From NCBI GenBank assembly GCA_963829055.1, contig CAWHHI010000006.1, forward strand, positions 96,001 through 160,000: a stretch of DNA of 64,000 bases. The letters run 5' to 3'. The notes beneath the pieces were generated by a model. It worked only from the letters and a program-made list of their open reading frames with translations, was not told the origin of the DNA and did not search any database. The translations under genes and the position numbers were made by a program. Source of the stretch: an uncultured Gemmatimonadaceae bacterium. GTDB taxonomy: Bacteria > Gemmatimonadota > Gemmatimonadetes > Gemmatimonadales > Gemmatimonadaceae. Positions 31,161 through 47,033 of the stretch are shown here, piece by piece. Numbering within the stretch: position 1 is the stretch's first letter; the number at the start of each line of letters is the position of its first letter.

Positions 31161-32156
31161 TTAGCCGCCTAACAGTGCCACCCACGTCCCGTCCACGAGG
31201 GCGTGAGTGATGGCGGACGCCGTAATCCGTTGCGTGCGCCAGTAGACCCAGCCATACGCAAGGCCCGCGATGGCAGCGAGCAGCATGTATCGTGGGTCGG
31301 GGAAGTGGGCCAGGCCGAACACGATCGACGCGATTACCCAGCCCGCCCGTGGGCCGAGCCACCGAGCGAGGAGGTTCTGCAGCAGCCCGCGGAAGAGGAA
31401 CTCTTCGGGCACGCCGGTCACGAGATAGATGATGAATGGCGCGCCGGCGACGTGAGTCGCGTCGAGCGCTGGACGCCACGCGATGAAGCCGGTCGCGAAG
31501 CCGATCGGCAGCGCGACGACGGCGTAAGCGAGAAACGCGGTCACCGCCAGGCTGGCGTCGCGGGCGGTCAGGCGGTACGTGTAGCCTATGCCCGGGAGCG
31601 GCCGCGCGACGAGAAAGAGGTACATCGCGTCCACGAGCCCGACGAGCTTTCGCATGTCGACGCCGTTAGGCGCCGGTAGCGGCAGTGCCGGGAGGAGTCG
31701 AAACTCGATGGGCAGCCAGAGCGCCAGAATGACGGCGAGCTCACGCACGGGGACGCGCCGCTCCTCGCCCTGGGTGTCCCGAGCCCCGGCCGCGGCGAGC
31801 AGGAGCGGCGGGAGAAACAGGTATGCCGCATAGATCGGGACGCGCAGTCCGATAGGGAGCCCCGACACGCCGGCATACGCGGTGGTGGCCAGGAAGAGCG
31901 TCGCGGGGCCGGCGAATAGACGTCCGAGCGGGGGCAAACCCTCCACCGCCGACCGCAATGACTGCCTAACGCCGTCGATCGACAGTGCAATGTACGCGCC
32001 TGGCACGAGGACGAAGAGCAGGCCGGCGGCGACGAGCACCAGCGTGGACGGCGGTCGGCTCGTGCGCGTCGTGATGGCAACCGAAGCAAGGACAAATGCG
32101 ATCGTCGCGACGGCCAGCTCAGCCGCGCTCCAGCGGTGCGTCGTATCCTGCTGCAT
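31161..32156 (-). CDS. CPBP (Abi/CAAX) intramembrane metalloprotease
   Basis: EEFLFRG, FGLAH, AITHAL; multiple TM helices. Confidence 0.9.
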   Translation of the reverse strand: MQQDTTHRWSAAELAVATIAFVLASVAITTRTSRPPSTLVLVAAGLLFVLVPGAYIALSIDGVRQSLRSAVEGLPPLGRLFAGPATLFLATTAYAGVSGLPIGLRVPIYAAYLFLPPLLLAAAGARDTQGEERRVPVRELAVILALWLPIEFRLLPALPLPAPNGVDMRKLVGLVDAMYLFLVARPLPGIGYTYRLTARDASLAVTAFLAYAVVALPIGFATGFIAWRPALDATHVAGAPFIIYLVTGVPEEFLFRGLLQNLLARWLGPRAGWVIASIVFGLAHFPDPRYMLLAAIAGLAYGWVYWRTQRITASAITHALVDGTWVALLGG

Positions 32157-32239
32157 TCGTGGCGGACCAAAACGAGTCGGCCGGTCACGCAGCGCCTAAC
32201 GTACGGTGCGCTGCGTGACCGGCCATTCAGCCACTGCTG

Positions 32240-34309
32240 CTATCGATTCGAGTCCGACGTCGTCGCCTGACCGCCCTTCGTGCCCCACCGGTCGAACCAG
32301 CTGCGCAGGTAGAGCTGCGTGCGCAGGAAGTTCGACGGCGTGCTCGACGTCCCGTGGAACTCGTTGTTCATGCGCACCATCACCGTCGGCATGCCGTGCA
32401 TCTTGAGCGCGCGATAGTACTCCTCGATCTGCGGGATCGGCGTGCGCAGATCGAGCACGCCCGTCATCAGCATCGTCGGCGTCTTCACGTTGCCGACGTA
32501 CATGATCGGCGACCGGCTTGCAGGTACTCGCTCGGATCCTCCCAGAACGGCTTCTCGAAGTTCATGTACCAGCCGGCGCCGTCCGTCTCGACCGACGAAG
32601 CTGATCCAGTCGATGACCGGGCAGAGCGAAGCCGCCGCGGTGAAGCGATCGGTGTGGCCGACCGTCCATGCCGTGAGGACGCCGCCGCCCGAGCAGCCGT
32701 ACACGAACAGGTTCTTCGTGTCGATGTAGCCGCGACCGATGACCGTGTCGACGCCGGCCATCAGGTCATCGAAGTCCTTGTCCGGGTACGCGTTCTTGAT
32801 CTCGTTCGTGAACTTCTCGCCGTAGCCCGGTCGAGCCGCGCGGGTTGGTGTAGAGCATGACGTACCCGTTCGCGGCGTGATCCTGGCGCGAGAAGTTGAA
32901 CGCGACGTTGTACATCGCCTGCGGTCCGCCGTGAATCTCGAGGATGAGCGGATACTTCTTCGCCGCGTCGAAGCCCGGCGGCTTGACGATCCAGCCCTGG
33001 ATCTTGCAGCCCGTCCTTCGACGTGTACCACATCTCTTCCGTCTGCGCGAGCTCCTTGCCCGCGAGCACGTCGTCGTTGACCGCGGTGAGCTGGTGAACG
33101 TCGAGACGGCTCCGGTCTTCGGCACCGAGAACGTGACGATGTCGTTCGGCTTGGTCGGCGTCGACCGCATCCCCACCGCGAGTCCATTCTTGCCCACGCT
33201 CGGCGATGGTCAGCAGCTGCTTGCCGCTCGTCACCGGGCGGAACTGACCGGCCGTGCGTCGTGACGTAGAAGTTCTTCGACCCTTCGCTCTCGGCGTTGA
33301 AGTACAGGCTGCCGTTGTCGTCCGCCCACATCACGCCCGAGATCGGACGGTCGATGTTGCCGGAGACGACGTGCGCGTTCGAGCCGTCCGCGTTCATGAC
33401 GTACAGCTTCGACTCTGCCCACGCCGAGTGGTTCGACCGAGTCGGCGGACATGAAGGCGATGAGCTTCCCGTCCGGCGAATACTACGGCCCGTTGCTCGT
33501 GCCGTTGCGACTCGAGATCTGCTTGATCTCGCCCGTCTCGACGTTCGCCGCATAGATGTGCGATTTGCGGAACGCGATCTCGGCGTCCTTGGTCGCGCAG
33601 CGACGAGAACGCGAGCCACTTGCCGTCGGGCGAGAAGTTCGGGGCCGAGGCGTTCCACTCGCCGGTCGTGATCTGACGCGGCGTTCCGCCGTCGGCCGGA
33701 ATGACGAAGATGTGGCGTACGCTTCGTCGGTGAAGCCAATGCGATCGGAGCGATAGTTGAGGCGGCTCACGATCTTCGGCGACTCGGTCCACTTGGCGCC
33801 CTTGGGCGGCGTCGGCATCGCGATGCGCCACGTCTCCTTGCATCGGCACGTTCATCACGAACGCGATCGACTTTCCGTCGGGCGACCACTCGAGCGCGCT
33901 CGGCGCTTCCGTGACGTGCGAGATCTGCGTCGCCGCGCCTTCGCTGTCCATCCATCGCACGTAGATCTGCGACCCGTTCGGCTCGCCCTTCGCGACGTAC
34001 GCGATGCGCTTGCCGTCGGGCGACCACTTGACGTCGGACCCCTGCACGAGCGGCGTGCGTGCGATGCCGTCGGCGTTCATGAGCCACACCGACGGACTCC
34101 CACTTGTCGTTCATCTTGTCGATCCACCGGCGCGTGAAGACGATCTGTGTCGCGTCGGGGGAGAGTTGGGGGGCCTGGACCTCCTCCCAGTCGAGGTACT
34201 GCTCGAGCGTGATGTGGCCCTGCGGGCGCTGCTGTGCGTGGATCGCGAACGGCGCGACCATCAGCACGCAGAGGGACGCCGCAGAGAACAGGCTACGGGG
34301 GGTGCGCAT
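32240..34309 (-). CDS. S9 family peptidase (several frameshifts)
   Basis: WSPDG propeller repeats, IHGGP, GCSGGG nucleophile, DLRT, EFHG. Confidence 0.9.
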
Positions 34310-34435
34310 CAGACCTCCGGAAGGGTGGGGCACGGGAGATGGCGGGGTTGGCTCGGCTCCAACTTGGGGCACCCCGAGCACGCTGGCCAGAGGACCTACA
34401 TTCCAACGTTCGACGCTGCTGTCATCCCGGAGAGA

Positions 34436-36174
34436 TCAAACCGGAATCGAGGTCTGCGCCAGACTAGGGGTCGCCGTGGAGGACGTGGAGCCCGCCGTGC
34501 CCGCGCCAAGGTCGGCGCCCCGGGGTTGATCGAGAGTCGCGAAGGCTGGTAGCTCGACCTGGAATACGGCGCCATGCGGCGAGCCGGGTAGAAGCGACAG
34601 CGTGCCCTCGTGCGCCTCGATGATTGACTTGCAGATGGACAGCCCCAGCCCCATGCCGCGCTGCTTCGTCGAATAGAACGGCTCGAAGACGCGGTCCCGC
34701 GCGGCCGGATCGACGCCGCGTCCGGAATCCTCGATGCGGATCGCGACGCCGTCCGGGCTCGAGCGGAACAGTGCGAATGCGCAGGTGGCGTTCGCGATCC
34801 GAGACGGTCGCGAGCGACTCGACGCCGTTCTTCACGCCATTCATCAGGACCTGCGTCAACTGGCCGCGGTGTCCACGGATGGTCGGTAGCTCCGGAGACA
34901 GGTCGAGCTCGAGTACGACATGAGATGCCTCGAACTCGAGGCGCATGATGTCGACAGCCTCGCGAACCAGGTCGTTCACCTCGAGCGTGACCTGATCATG
35001 AGGTGAATGCGCGAACACCGTTCGGACGGAGTCGATGATCTCGTTGGCTCGGCTGGCACTCTTGCTGATGTCGGTGAACGCGGCCCGGACGTCATCGAGG
35101 CCGCTGGGCGTTGCGGACACCATGATGGCGCCGGCCTGCCCATTCATCTGGATCGCCGCGAGCGGTTGTCGGAGCTCGTGCGCGAGCGATTCGACCATGA
35201 CGTCCATCGCCGTGCGATGTCCTTCTCGCTCCTGCTCGCGTGCCGCCATCGCCAGGACGAGCTGCCGGTGCAGCATCGAGGATTCGGACAGGAGGACGAG
35301 CAACACGAAGGCGGACGACACCATGCCCATCCCTCGGTTGACGTAGAAGACGAGGCTGAACCGACCCGGCGACACTGGTATGAGGAGCGCCTCGAAGAGG
35401 AACGACCAGACGGCCACGTGCAGCCACAGGTCGATCATCGACGTCGGTCGTCGTCGCAACACGACGAGGGACCCGAGGGCCATGACCAACATGAGCGGCA
35501 CGACGACGCGCCGGAATCCTTCGGTCAGGTGCACCGCATCCGCTGCGAACGAGGCGAGGCAGATGCGATCCTTCCGCGATGAGAATCCAGGTGGCGATTA
35601 CCGCCACTCCGACCGTCGTCGTGACGGTCGCGGCGATCCGCAGGAGGACCGGGTCATCGCCGGACGGCGCGCGCTGTTCCCGGTCGCGGAGGATGGTGTA
35701 CGCAATGGCGCACAGCACGAACCCCACTTGCTGCAACGGGAACAGCCATGCGGTTGACTGGAGCTGCGCGCCGAGGAGGCCATTCGTCGCGAAGACCCCG
35801 GAAAGGTCAGGGCGTGCGGAACGAGGATCAGCGTCTTGAACAGGAAGCCGCTCGCCAGCACGAGCAGCGCGCGAGCGCGCGTCAGGGAGAACTGCGCGTA
35901 CAACAGCACGGCCGTCAGAAGATCGTTGAGCCCCGTGACCGCATTGGCGACCGGCACGAAGGCGTCGAGACGCCACGAGTTGCGTGTCCCGGAATGCCAC
36001 GGTGACGAGAAACGCCCCGAACAGGACGCCCGTGACGAAGTGGGCGAGCCCGCGCTGTCTCCTCCCCGGCGGCCGCGTCGAGATGAGGAAGGACCCGCCC
36101 GTTACGGTGGCGGTCGGGGCGCTTGTCACTCGGCGCGGAGTGGGGCCTGATCGAACGAGAGCTTGCGCCTTCAT
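34436..36174 (-). CDS. MASE4-type membrane sensor histidine kinase (frameshifted)
   Basis: HELRQPL, QVLMN, GMGLGLSIC; N-terminal HALTFPG..QSTAWL membrane domain. Confidence 0.8.
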
Positions 36175-36474
36175 CCGTGAGTGATGGCCTGGATCGAGAG
36201 TGGTGACACACAGGACCGGCGGAACGCTAACCGAATGCGGGCTCTCTCACGCCGCCATTGGACCTTCGTCGAACACGACCACTCGGCAGAGTATACGGCG
36301 GCAGGTGCGCACGTGCAGCGCCCTACGCACAACCGCCCGTTCGTGTTGTGGGCTCACGTGCGCGACACCGTGCGCGTGTCGAGCTGGAGTTCACGCTCTA
36401 GCACAATCGGTCGCGCTCGCCGTCACGCGCGCCGCAGCGCATATTCGAATCGCCTCAACGGTAGCGAGGACGCG

Positions 36475-38155
36475 ATGCAGTCCACGGAGTACGATGCGAT
36501 CGTCGTGGGGTCCGGGATCTCCGGCGGCTGGGCCGCCAAGGAGCTCACCGAGAAGGGGCTCCGCGTGCTCCTGCTCGAGCGCGGACGCAACGTCGAGCAC
36601 ATCAAGGATTACGTCAACGCGACGAAGGGACCCTGGGAATTCGCGCATCGCGGTGGTCGCACGATCGCCATGGAAGAGCTCTATCCCGTCCTCAAGCGCG
36701 ACTACCCGCTGAACGAGAAGAACCTGTCGTTCTGGGTCAACGAGCAGGAGTCGCCATACACCGAGGTCCGACGCTTCGACTGGTATCGCGGCTATCAGGT
36801 GGGCGGACGATCGCTCATGTGGGGACGCCAGAGCTATCGCTGGAGCGACCTCGACTTCGAGGCGAACCTGCGTGACGGCATCGCCACCGACTGGCCCATT
36901 CGCTATGCCGACCTCGCGCCCTGGTACGATCACGTCGAGAAGCACGCCGGCATCGCCGGCTCGGTCGAGGGGATGGCGCAGCTTCCGGACGGGCAGTTCC
37001 AGCCGGCGATGCCGCTCAACTGCGGTGAGGAGCTCGTCGCTGGTCGCCTAACGAAGCTGTTCGACGGCAAGCGCCGCATCATCCCGGGTCGCACCGCCAA
37101 CGCCACGCAGGCCCTCCCGGGACGCACGCCCTGTCAGTACCGCGACGCCTGCTGGCTCGGCTGCCCCTACGGCGGCTACTTCAGCACGCAGTCCTCGACG
37201 CTCCCCGCCGCCGTGAAGACGGGACGCCTAACGCTCAAGCCGTTCGCCATCGTCAGCGAGGTGCTGTACGACCGTGACCGCAAGCGCGCGACAGGCGTTC
37301 GCGTCCTCGACGCGGTCACGAACCAGACGACGGACTACAACGCGCGCGTCGTCTTCCTCTGCGCCTCGACGCTCAACTCCACGTGGCTCCTCATGCGCTC
37401 GGCCACCGACGTCTGGCCGGGCGGTCTCGGGAGCAGCTCGGGGCAGCTGGGCCACAACCTCATGGACCACCACTTCCGGTGCGGTGCGTCCGGAAAGCTC
37501 GACGGGCCTGACGGACAAGTACTACAACGGACGTCGCCCTACGGGCTTTTACATTCCACGCTACCGCAATCTCTTCGGCGACAAGCGGCCGTACCTGCGC
37601 GGCTTCGGCTATCAGGGCGGCGCTGGCCGTGACGGCTGGTCGTCCGCGGTGGCCGAGCTCGGAGTCGGTGGTGCGTTCAAGGACAAGGCGGCGGAGCCGG
37701 GTGCGTGGAGCGTTGGCGCGACGGCGTTTGGCGAGATGCTGCCCAATCACAAGAACAAGGTGACCCTGGACGACAAGAAGACCGACAAGTGGGGAATGCC
37801 GGTGCTCAAGATCGACTGCGCGACCGGCGAGAACGAGCGCCTCATGCGAAAGGACATGGTGCACGACATGGAGGAGCTGTTGGAGCAGTGCGGCGTGAAA
37901 GAGGTGAACGGCTACGACAACGAGTGCTTCCCGGGCATGGGCATTCACGAGCTGGGCACGGCGCGCATGGGGCGGAGTCCCAGGTCTTCGGTGCTCAATG
38001 GCTGGAACCAGGTATGGGATGCGCCTAACGTGTTCGTGACCGATGGCGCGTCCATGGCGTCATCCGCATGCCAGAATCCGTCGCTCACGTACATGGCGCT
38101 CACGGCGCGCGCCGCGGATCACGCGGTGAACGAGCTCAATCGTCGCAACCTCTGA
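36475..38155 (+). CDS. GMC family oxidoreductase (frameshift near 37505)
   Basis: GSGISGG FAD motif, GGRSLMWG, HELGTARMG, NPSLTYMAL. Confidence 0.95.
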
Positions 38156-38995
38156 TGCGGGATTCGTCCATGTTTGATCATGACGGTGTGAGCGACGATC
38201 TTACTGATCGCGACGCAGTTACCGTGATCGATCGCCGGGAGGCAGTGCGTCGCGTGAGTGCGCTGTTAGGCGGCGTCGCATTCGTGGGCGGAAGCTCGCT
38301 GCTCGCGGCGTGTCAGCGTGAGCGCGAGAAACCTCCGGCCGCATCTACGCCCGCGGCGCCCGCCGTGCAGGCGCCGATCGGCGAATTCACGACGCAGGAC
38401 ATCGCACTGCTGGATGAGATAGCGGATACGATTCTTCCGACGACGAGCACGCCTGGCGCCAAGGCGGCGAAGACAGGCGCGTTCATGGCGCTCATGGTAA
38501 CGGACACCTACAAGGCGAAGAATCGGAAGATCTTCCGCGACGGTCTCGTGACACTCGACGCCGAGTGCCGCAAGGCGAACAACGTGGACTTCATGACGGC
38601 GACACCGGCACAGCGTCTGGCCTTGCTCGAGCGGCTGGACCGCGAGCAGAAGGCACACACCGATGCGCGGACGGCAGCGAGCAAGGCGCGGACGCGTGCG
38701 GGTGCAACCAAGCCGGCGAAGTCCTCCAGGTCTGCCGACTCGACCGAGGCGGAGCGCTTTCTGCCCGACCAGCGGAAGACGGCGGCGCGTGGGCACGGAG
38801 ACCAGCGCGGCGGCAGCGGTCACCGCTGACACACCCGCGCACTACTTCCGCATGATGAAGGAGCTCGCGATGCTGGGCTACTTCACGTCGGAGATCGGGT
38901 GCAAACAGGCGCAGCGCTACGTCGAATCGCCGGGACGTTACGACCCGTGCGTGCCGTATACGCCTGGGCAGAAAGCCTGGGCGGGACACGCCTAA
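38155..38995 (+). CDS. Gluconate 2-dehydrogenase subunit 3 family protein (frameshifted)
   Basis: Tat-like DRREAV, IADTILP.T.TPGA, GYFTSEIG, PGRYDPC. Confidence 0.85.
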
Positions 38996-39023
38996 CGCCT
39001 TGAGCCTGCGCCACGAGCGGGTC

Positions 39024-40000
39024 ATGACGCGAGGCCTCGTCCTCGGGAAATTTCTTCCGTACCACGCTGGGCACGCTCACCTGATCCGCGCCGCGCGCGC
39101 GCAGGTCGACGAGCTCGTCGTCCTCGTGTGCTCCGTCGAGCGTGAGCCGATTCCGGGTCCGCTTCGTTTCCGATGGGTGCGCGACTCACATCCGGATTGT
39201 CGCGTCATTCACGTGGCCGAGGAAGTGCCGCAGGCGCCCGAGGATGATCCAGCGTTCTGGCCGATCTGGACGGATCTGATCGCACGACACGCTGGTGATA
39301 TCGACGTCGTGTTCACGTCGGAGGACTATGGCGACGAGCTCGCCCGACGGATCGGAGCGCGACACGTCAGCGTCGACCGCGAGCCGCCTAACGGTGCCGG
39401 CGTCCGGACGCGACGGTTCGTGCGGCGCCGTTCCGTCACTGGGAGTCTCATCCCGCCCAAGGTGCGGCCGTACTACGCTGCGTCGCGTCGCGCTGCGTCG
39501 GCACGGAGTCGACGGGGAAGACGACGCTCGCCGAGCGCCTCGCCAAGCGCTTCGAGACGGTGATGGTCGAGGAGTACGGTCGACCGTACTGCGACACACG
39601 CCCGGCGATGAGCCTCGTGCTGTCGGACTTCGAAGCGATCGCGTGGGCGCAGGTGACGTGTGGAGGACGAGGCGGCGAGCAAGCGCGAATCGCGTTCTCG
39701 ATCTGCGATACGGAGCTGCACACGACGGCGACGTGGAGCGATCTGGTCGTCGGCGCGAGGCCGGCGTGCCTCACCGAGGCGGCGCGGGCGCGTCACTACG
39801 ATCTCGTGTTGCTGCTCGACGACAACGTCCCATGGATCGAGGACGGTACGCGTGTATTGCGGGACCGCCGAGTGGAGCACACACGTCGTCTCCGCGAGGA
39901 GCTCGACTCGGCCGGACGTCACTATGTGATCCTCTCCGGCGGATTCGAAGAGCGCGAGCGCGAGGCGGAGCGGCTCGTCGCGTCGCTGCTCAGCGAATAA
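39024..40000 (+). CDS. NadR-like NMN adenylyltransferase / ribosylnicotinamide kinase (frameshifted)
   Basis: GKFLPYHAGH, Walker A GTESTGKT, EYGR.Y, CDT, VPWIEDGTR. Confidence 0.85.
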
Positions 40001-40052
40001 CCACGGCATCCTGGTGCGGCCTAACGATGCACGAGTATGGTTGGGTCTCTAA

Positions 40053-40549
40053 ATCCAACAGCGACGCAGAAGTACGCAGGCGGGCGCTTCGCGTCCGCAA
40101 CGCAGAAGGACGCAGAAACTGCAACCGCCACGGCAACTGCTATTCAGCTTGGGAGAGCTGCTGCTTCGGCGACCATCCGGACGAACCGCTTCGACACGGT
40201 ATCCAGAACCCGGAGTGTGAACTGATTGGGCGGAAACGACGAAAGGGCCGATCCCATTGCGACCCGACAGACCGTGGAACGGGCCCGTTGAACAGGGAAC
40301 GCCCTCGCGACGCATTGGCCGCACGAGGCCGTTCCCCCTTCCATCACGGCTCGTTGCGCTACCGACTCTCCCGGCATCGGGCCTCATCCGCCCGATCCGC
40401 TGGTTCCGGCCGTTTCCGTTCACACCCTCGGTTCTGGATGGCTGGTGAAGCAGTCCTCCGCGTCCCCCGCGGTGATAGCAGTTGCAGTTCTTCTGCGTCC
40501 TTCTGAATGCGCGCAAAGCGCGCCTGCGGATTCTGCGTCGCTGTTGGAA
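40053..40549. repeat. Long nested foldback element
   Basis: TCCAACAGCGACGCAGAA..ACTGCAAC vs GTTGCAGT..TTCTGCGTCGCTGTTGGA; inner GTGTGAAC/GTTCACAC arms. Confidence 0.65.
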
Positions 40550-40702
40550 TAGCGCGCCTAACCGTACTTGGCGCGAGACCGGCTCCACGGTGCTGACAGG
40601 AGATCCCTCGCTGTCGCTTCGCTGTCGCTCGGGATGACACCGACCGTGACGAGGCGTAACGGCATGTGGAGGTTCGGGCGTGAGACAGGGCCGTCAGGGC
40701 TG

Positions 40703-40828
40703 TGATTCCGAGCGGGCGTCATTCCGAGGCGCGCGAGCGCCGAAGGGCGCATCGAGGAATCCGCGGTGTCTTGGTAGAGGGCTCTCTACCGGGATGCCAA
40801 GGATTCCTCGCTCCGCTCGGAATGACAT
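40703..40828. repeat. REP-like element (a half copy also at about 40603-40639)
   Basis: GTCATTCCGAG...GAGGAATCC/GGATTCCTC...CGCTCGGAATGACA. Confidence 0.75.
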
Positions 40829-40852
40829 CACCCGCTCGGCTTGACCGCCGTT

Positions 40853-43946
<3,094 letters not shown>

Positions 43947-43989
43947 GGCGCGAAATCTCGACGACTCGCGCGCGGGCCGCTACGTCTGC

Positions 43990-46610
43990 CTACCGTTCCG
44001 GCCGGATGAGCGCCTCGAACGGAGCGTACCCGTGCAGTGAGTCCAGTGCGGTGGCGAAATGCCACGCGGGCAGGGTTTGCCCTTCACTTGCCGCCTGCTG
44101 GAGCAACTCCACTGCCAGCGGCTTGTCGCCGAGGGCTCCCATGATCGCCGCGCGCCAGTACGTATTCACGCCGAACAGCCAGCGGCGTTTCAGTCTACCT
44201 AACGAGTCCGCGATCGCGCGCGCTCCGGCTCGGTCGCCGCGTGCGACGTTCGCCAGCCCGAGATAGCCGGCCGCGTCGATCCGGGTCGTGTCGCGTGCGA
44301 CCAGGGCGAATCGGACTGCAGCGCTGTCGCTCTTGCCACTCATCAGCAGGGCGACGCCCTCGGACAATCGGAGCGCCGGTGTCGGTGTGCGAGCCGGCGA
44401 GCGCTCGTACCACGCATTCGCCAGCGAGAGCAACCGCGTCGCCGTGGCGGGGTCTCCATGGGCGCGAAACTCCTGCGCCGCGGTCGTCACCTGGGACGCG
44501 ACGGTACCGATCGAATCGTTCGTGTCGCGTAATAGCGAGTCGGCGAGCGCGAGTGCCGACGCGGGATCCTTCAAGCCGGCGTATACGCGGAGGCGTCGCC
44601 CTCTGAGCGTCGGACTCGTTCGGAAACGTGCGCTGTAGCGCAAAAGCAGCGTCCGCAGCTCGCGATCGTAGTTGCCAGCTTCGTGGTGCACCTCGGCCAG
44701 CACTCGTCTCGAGCTGGAGAGCGGCGCGCCCGCCCATGACGCCATAGGCGGCTTCGGCTGCCTCCAGCGCGGGGAGCGCGAGCGCCGGCTTCAGCAGGAA
44801 CATCCCCGCCTCGCCAACGAGGTACAGGGCAAGGGCGCTCGAGTCGTCGGGCCGCAAGCAGCTGTGCCGCTTTCAAATAACCCGGCACGTTTCCGTCCAG
44901 CTCCGCCCGTGCGTAGTCCCAAGTCAGGCGTTCAGTGGCAGTAAGGCCGCCGGGAAGACGATCGATCCGTCTCATCATCGAGTCGGCACGATCGAACTCA
45001 CCGGCGTTGATGTACTGACGCGCCAGCAACTGATAGGCCTGCGTGTACGTGCTGTCGATCGCGATGGCGCGCTCGAAGAATGGCCGTGACCCGATGACGT
45101 CGCCTTGCTCGGCGAATCGCTCGAATCCGGCGGCGAATTCGCGATACGCGGCGTACTTCGGCGCGCGATAACCCTGCGGCAGGATCTTCAGCTCACGGCG
45201 CAACCCGAGCGCGCCGAGCATCCGGTCGCCTAACGAATCGAGCGCGGCAATCGGATCGGAGGCGGAGCCAGTGACGGACGGGAGCGTCACCGCCGGTTTC
45301 CCGGTCTGCACGTCGCTCACCTGCGACTGAAACACGAGCGAGTCGCCGCGCAGCACGACGCTGCCGGATGCCAGGAGCCCGGCGTGTGTCGCATCCGAGA
45401 GCCGCTGCAGCTGGCCGGCCCTTCCACCCGTCGTGTCCCGCAGCCCCATGAGCACGATGTTCGTCGGCACGACATCGATCGAGCCGTTCTGAGCGATGCC
45501 GAGTGCCAGCCGATCCGCCGCAATGCGTCCGATGTAGTCGAAGCGAGGGTCGCCCGTCAGGTTCTCGAACGGCGCGATGAGGAGCCGGGACGAGCGAACA
45601 GGGGCAGCGGCCGCGGGCGTGGGACGCGTGCTACGCACCAACCACGCGCCGCCCGCGACGACCACTGCGAGTCCCGCGAGTGCAAGACCCCAGACGCGCG
45701 CGCGCTGCCGTGTCGCGTTAGGTGTCAGCAACGTCGCGGGAGTGGTCGTGCCCATTGGCGTCGTGAGCGCGTCGAGCGCGCGCACGATCTCCGTCGCGTC
45801 CTGCGGCCGGTCCGCCTGGCGCTTCTCGAGGCAGCGCATAATGAGCGACGTGAGCGCGAACGGCAGTGCCGGACGACGCACGGAGAGCGACTCCGGTGTC
45901 TCGATCACATGTGCCGCCAGCAGCGCCTGTGTCGTTCGCCCGACGAACGGCGGTTGTCCGCTCAGGAGCTCGTACGCGACGACGCCGAACGAGTACAGGT
46001 CGGCGCGATGATCGATGCCGGGATCGGCGCTCACCTGCTCGGGCGACATGTACGCCGGCGTGCCGATCGCGACCCCCGCGGTCGTGAGCGCGCCGTGTCC
46101 GACCGTCGTCGCGTCGATCAGCGCCTTGGCCACGCCGAAGTCGGTGACGAGCGCGATGCCGCCCGTCAGCAGGATGTTCTCCGGCTTGATGTCGCGGTGG
46201 ACGATGCCCTTCTCGTGCGCGTACCCGAGCGCGGTCGCGACCTCACGCAGCAACCGCACGGCTTCGGCGGCTGGCAGCTCGCCGCCCCGCGTCAGGCGCT
46301 GGCGCAACGTCTCGCCATCGACGAATGGCATCGTATAGTAGGGCAGCCCGCCCGCATCGCCGGTGCTGAGCAGCTGCACGATGTGCGGGTGCTGGAGTCG
46401 AGCGGCGAGTGCGATCTCGCGTTGAAAGCGGGCGACGGAGAGGTCGGCGGCGAGCTCGGGCGGCAGGACCTTGACGACGATGGAGCGTCGCAGGGCTGTA
46501 TCGCTCGCGACGAACACGCGGGACATGCCTCCGCCACCGAGCTCGCGCTCGAGTGTGAATGCTCCGCCGATCGCGGTCTGCAGTTGCGTGCGGAGATCGT
46601 CCGTAGTGCC
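43990..46610 (-). CDS. Ser/Thr protein kinase with TM, TolB-like and TPR domains (start approximate; frameshift near 44855)
   Basis: LGGGGMSRV, HRDIKPEN, DFG, GTPAYMSPEQ. Confidence 0.9.
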
Positions 46611-47033
46611 TCGCTTCTGGCTGCGCAGCCAAGTATGGCCGTGTCAGTCTATGCGTCAATGGCTACCTTTTATCGGGACGCAGTAGTCTCCGGAGCGGCC
46701 GTTCCCAAGAAACCTGGCTCGTGGCGAGAGGAGATCGACTCGCGCTACGCCCTATCCTGATTCTTCCGTTTCATCCGCGCCATTGTAGTTCCCACCGGCC
46801 CGGCGTGATGGTGCGTAAATGCAAAGCCGTATCCGGTCGTTTCGCAGTACAATCCGCCCAATCGTCGTTCCCACCGGCCCCGGCGCGATGACGCCTGAAG
46901 AGAAGGGCAGGAACGGGAGGAACCGGTAGGACGGTCGGGCGTGAACCGGAGTGGCGACATCCCTCCGCCAAGTGTGCATCCTTGAAGCGCATAACGGAGC
47001 ACACAAAGTCTACCCACGAGTAAGGGGTCGTCC

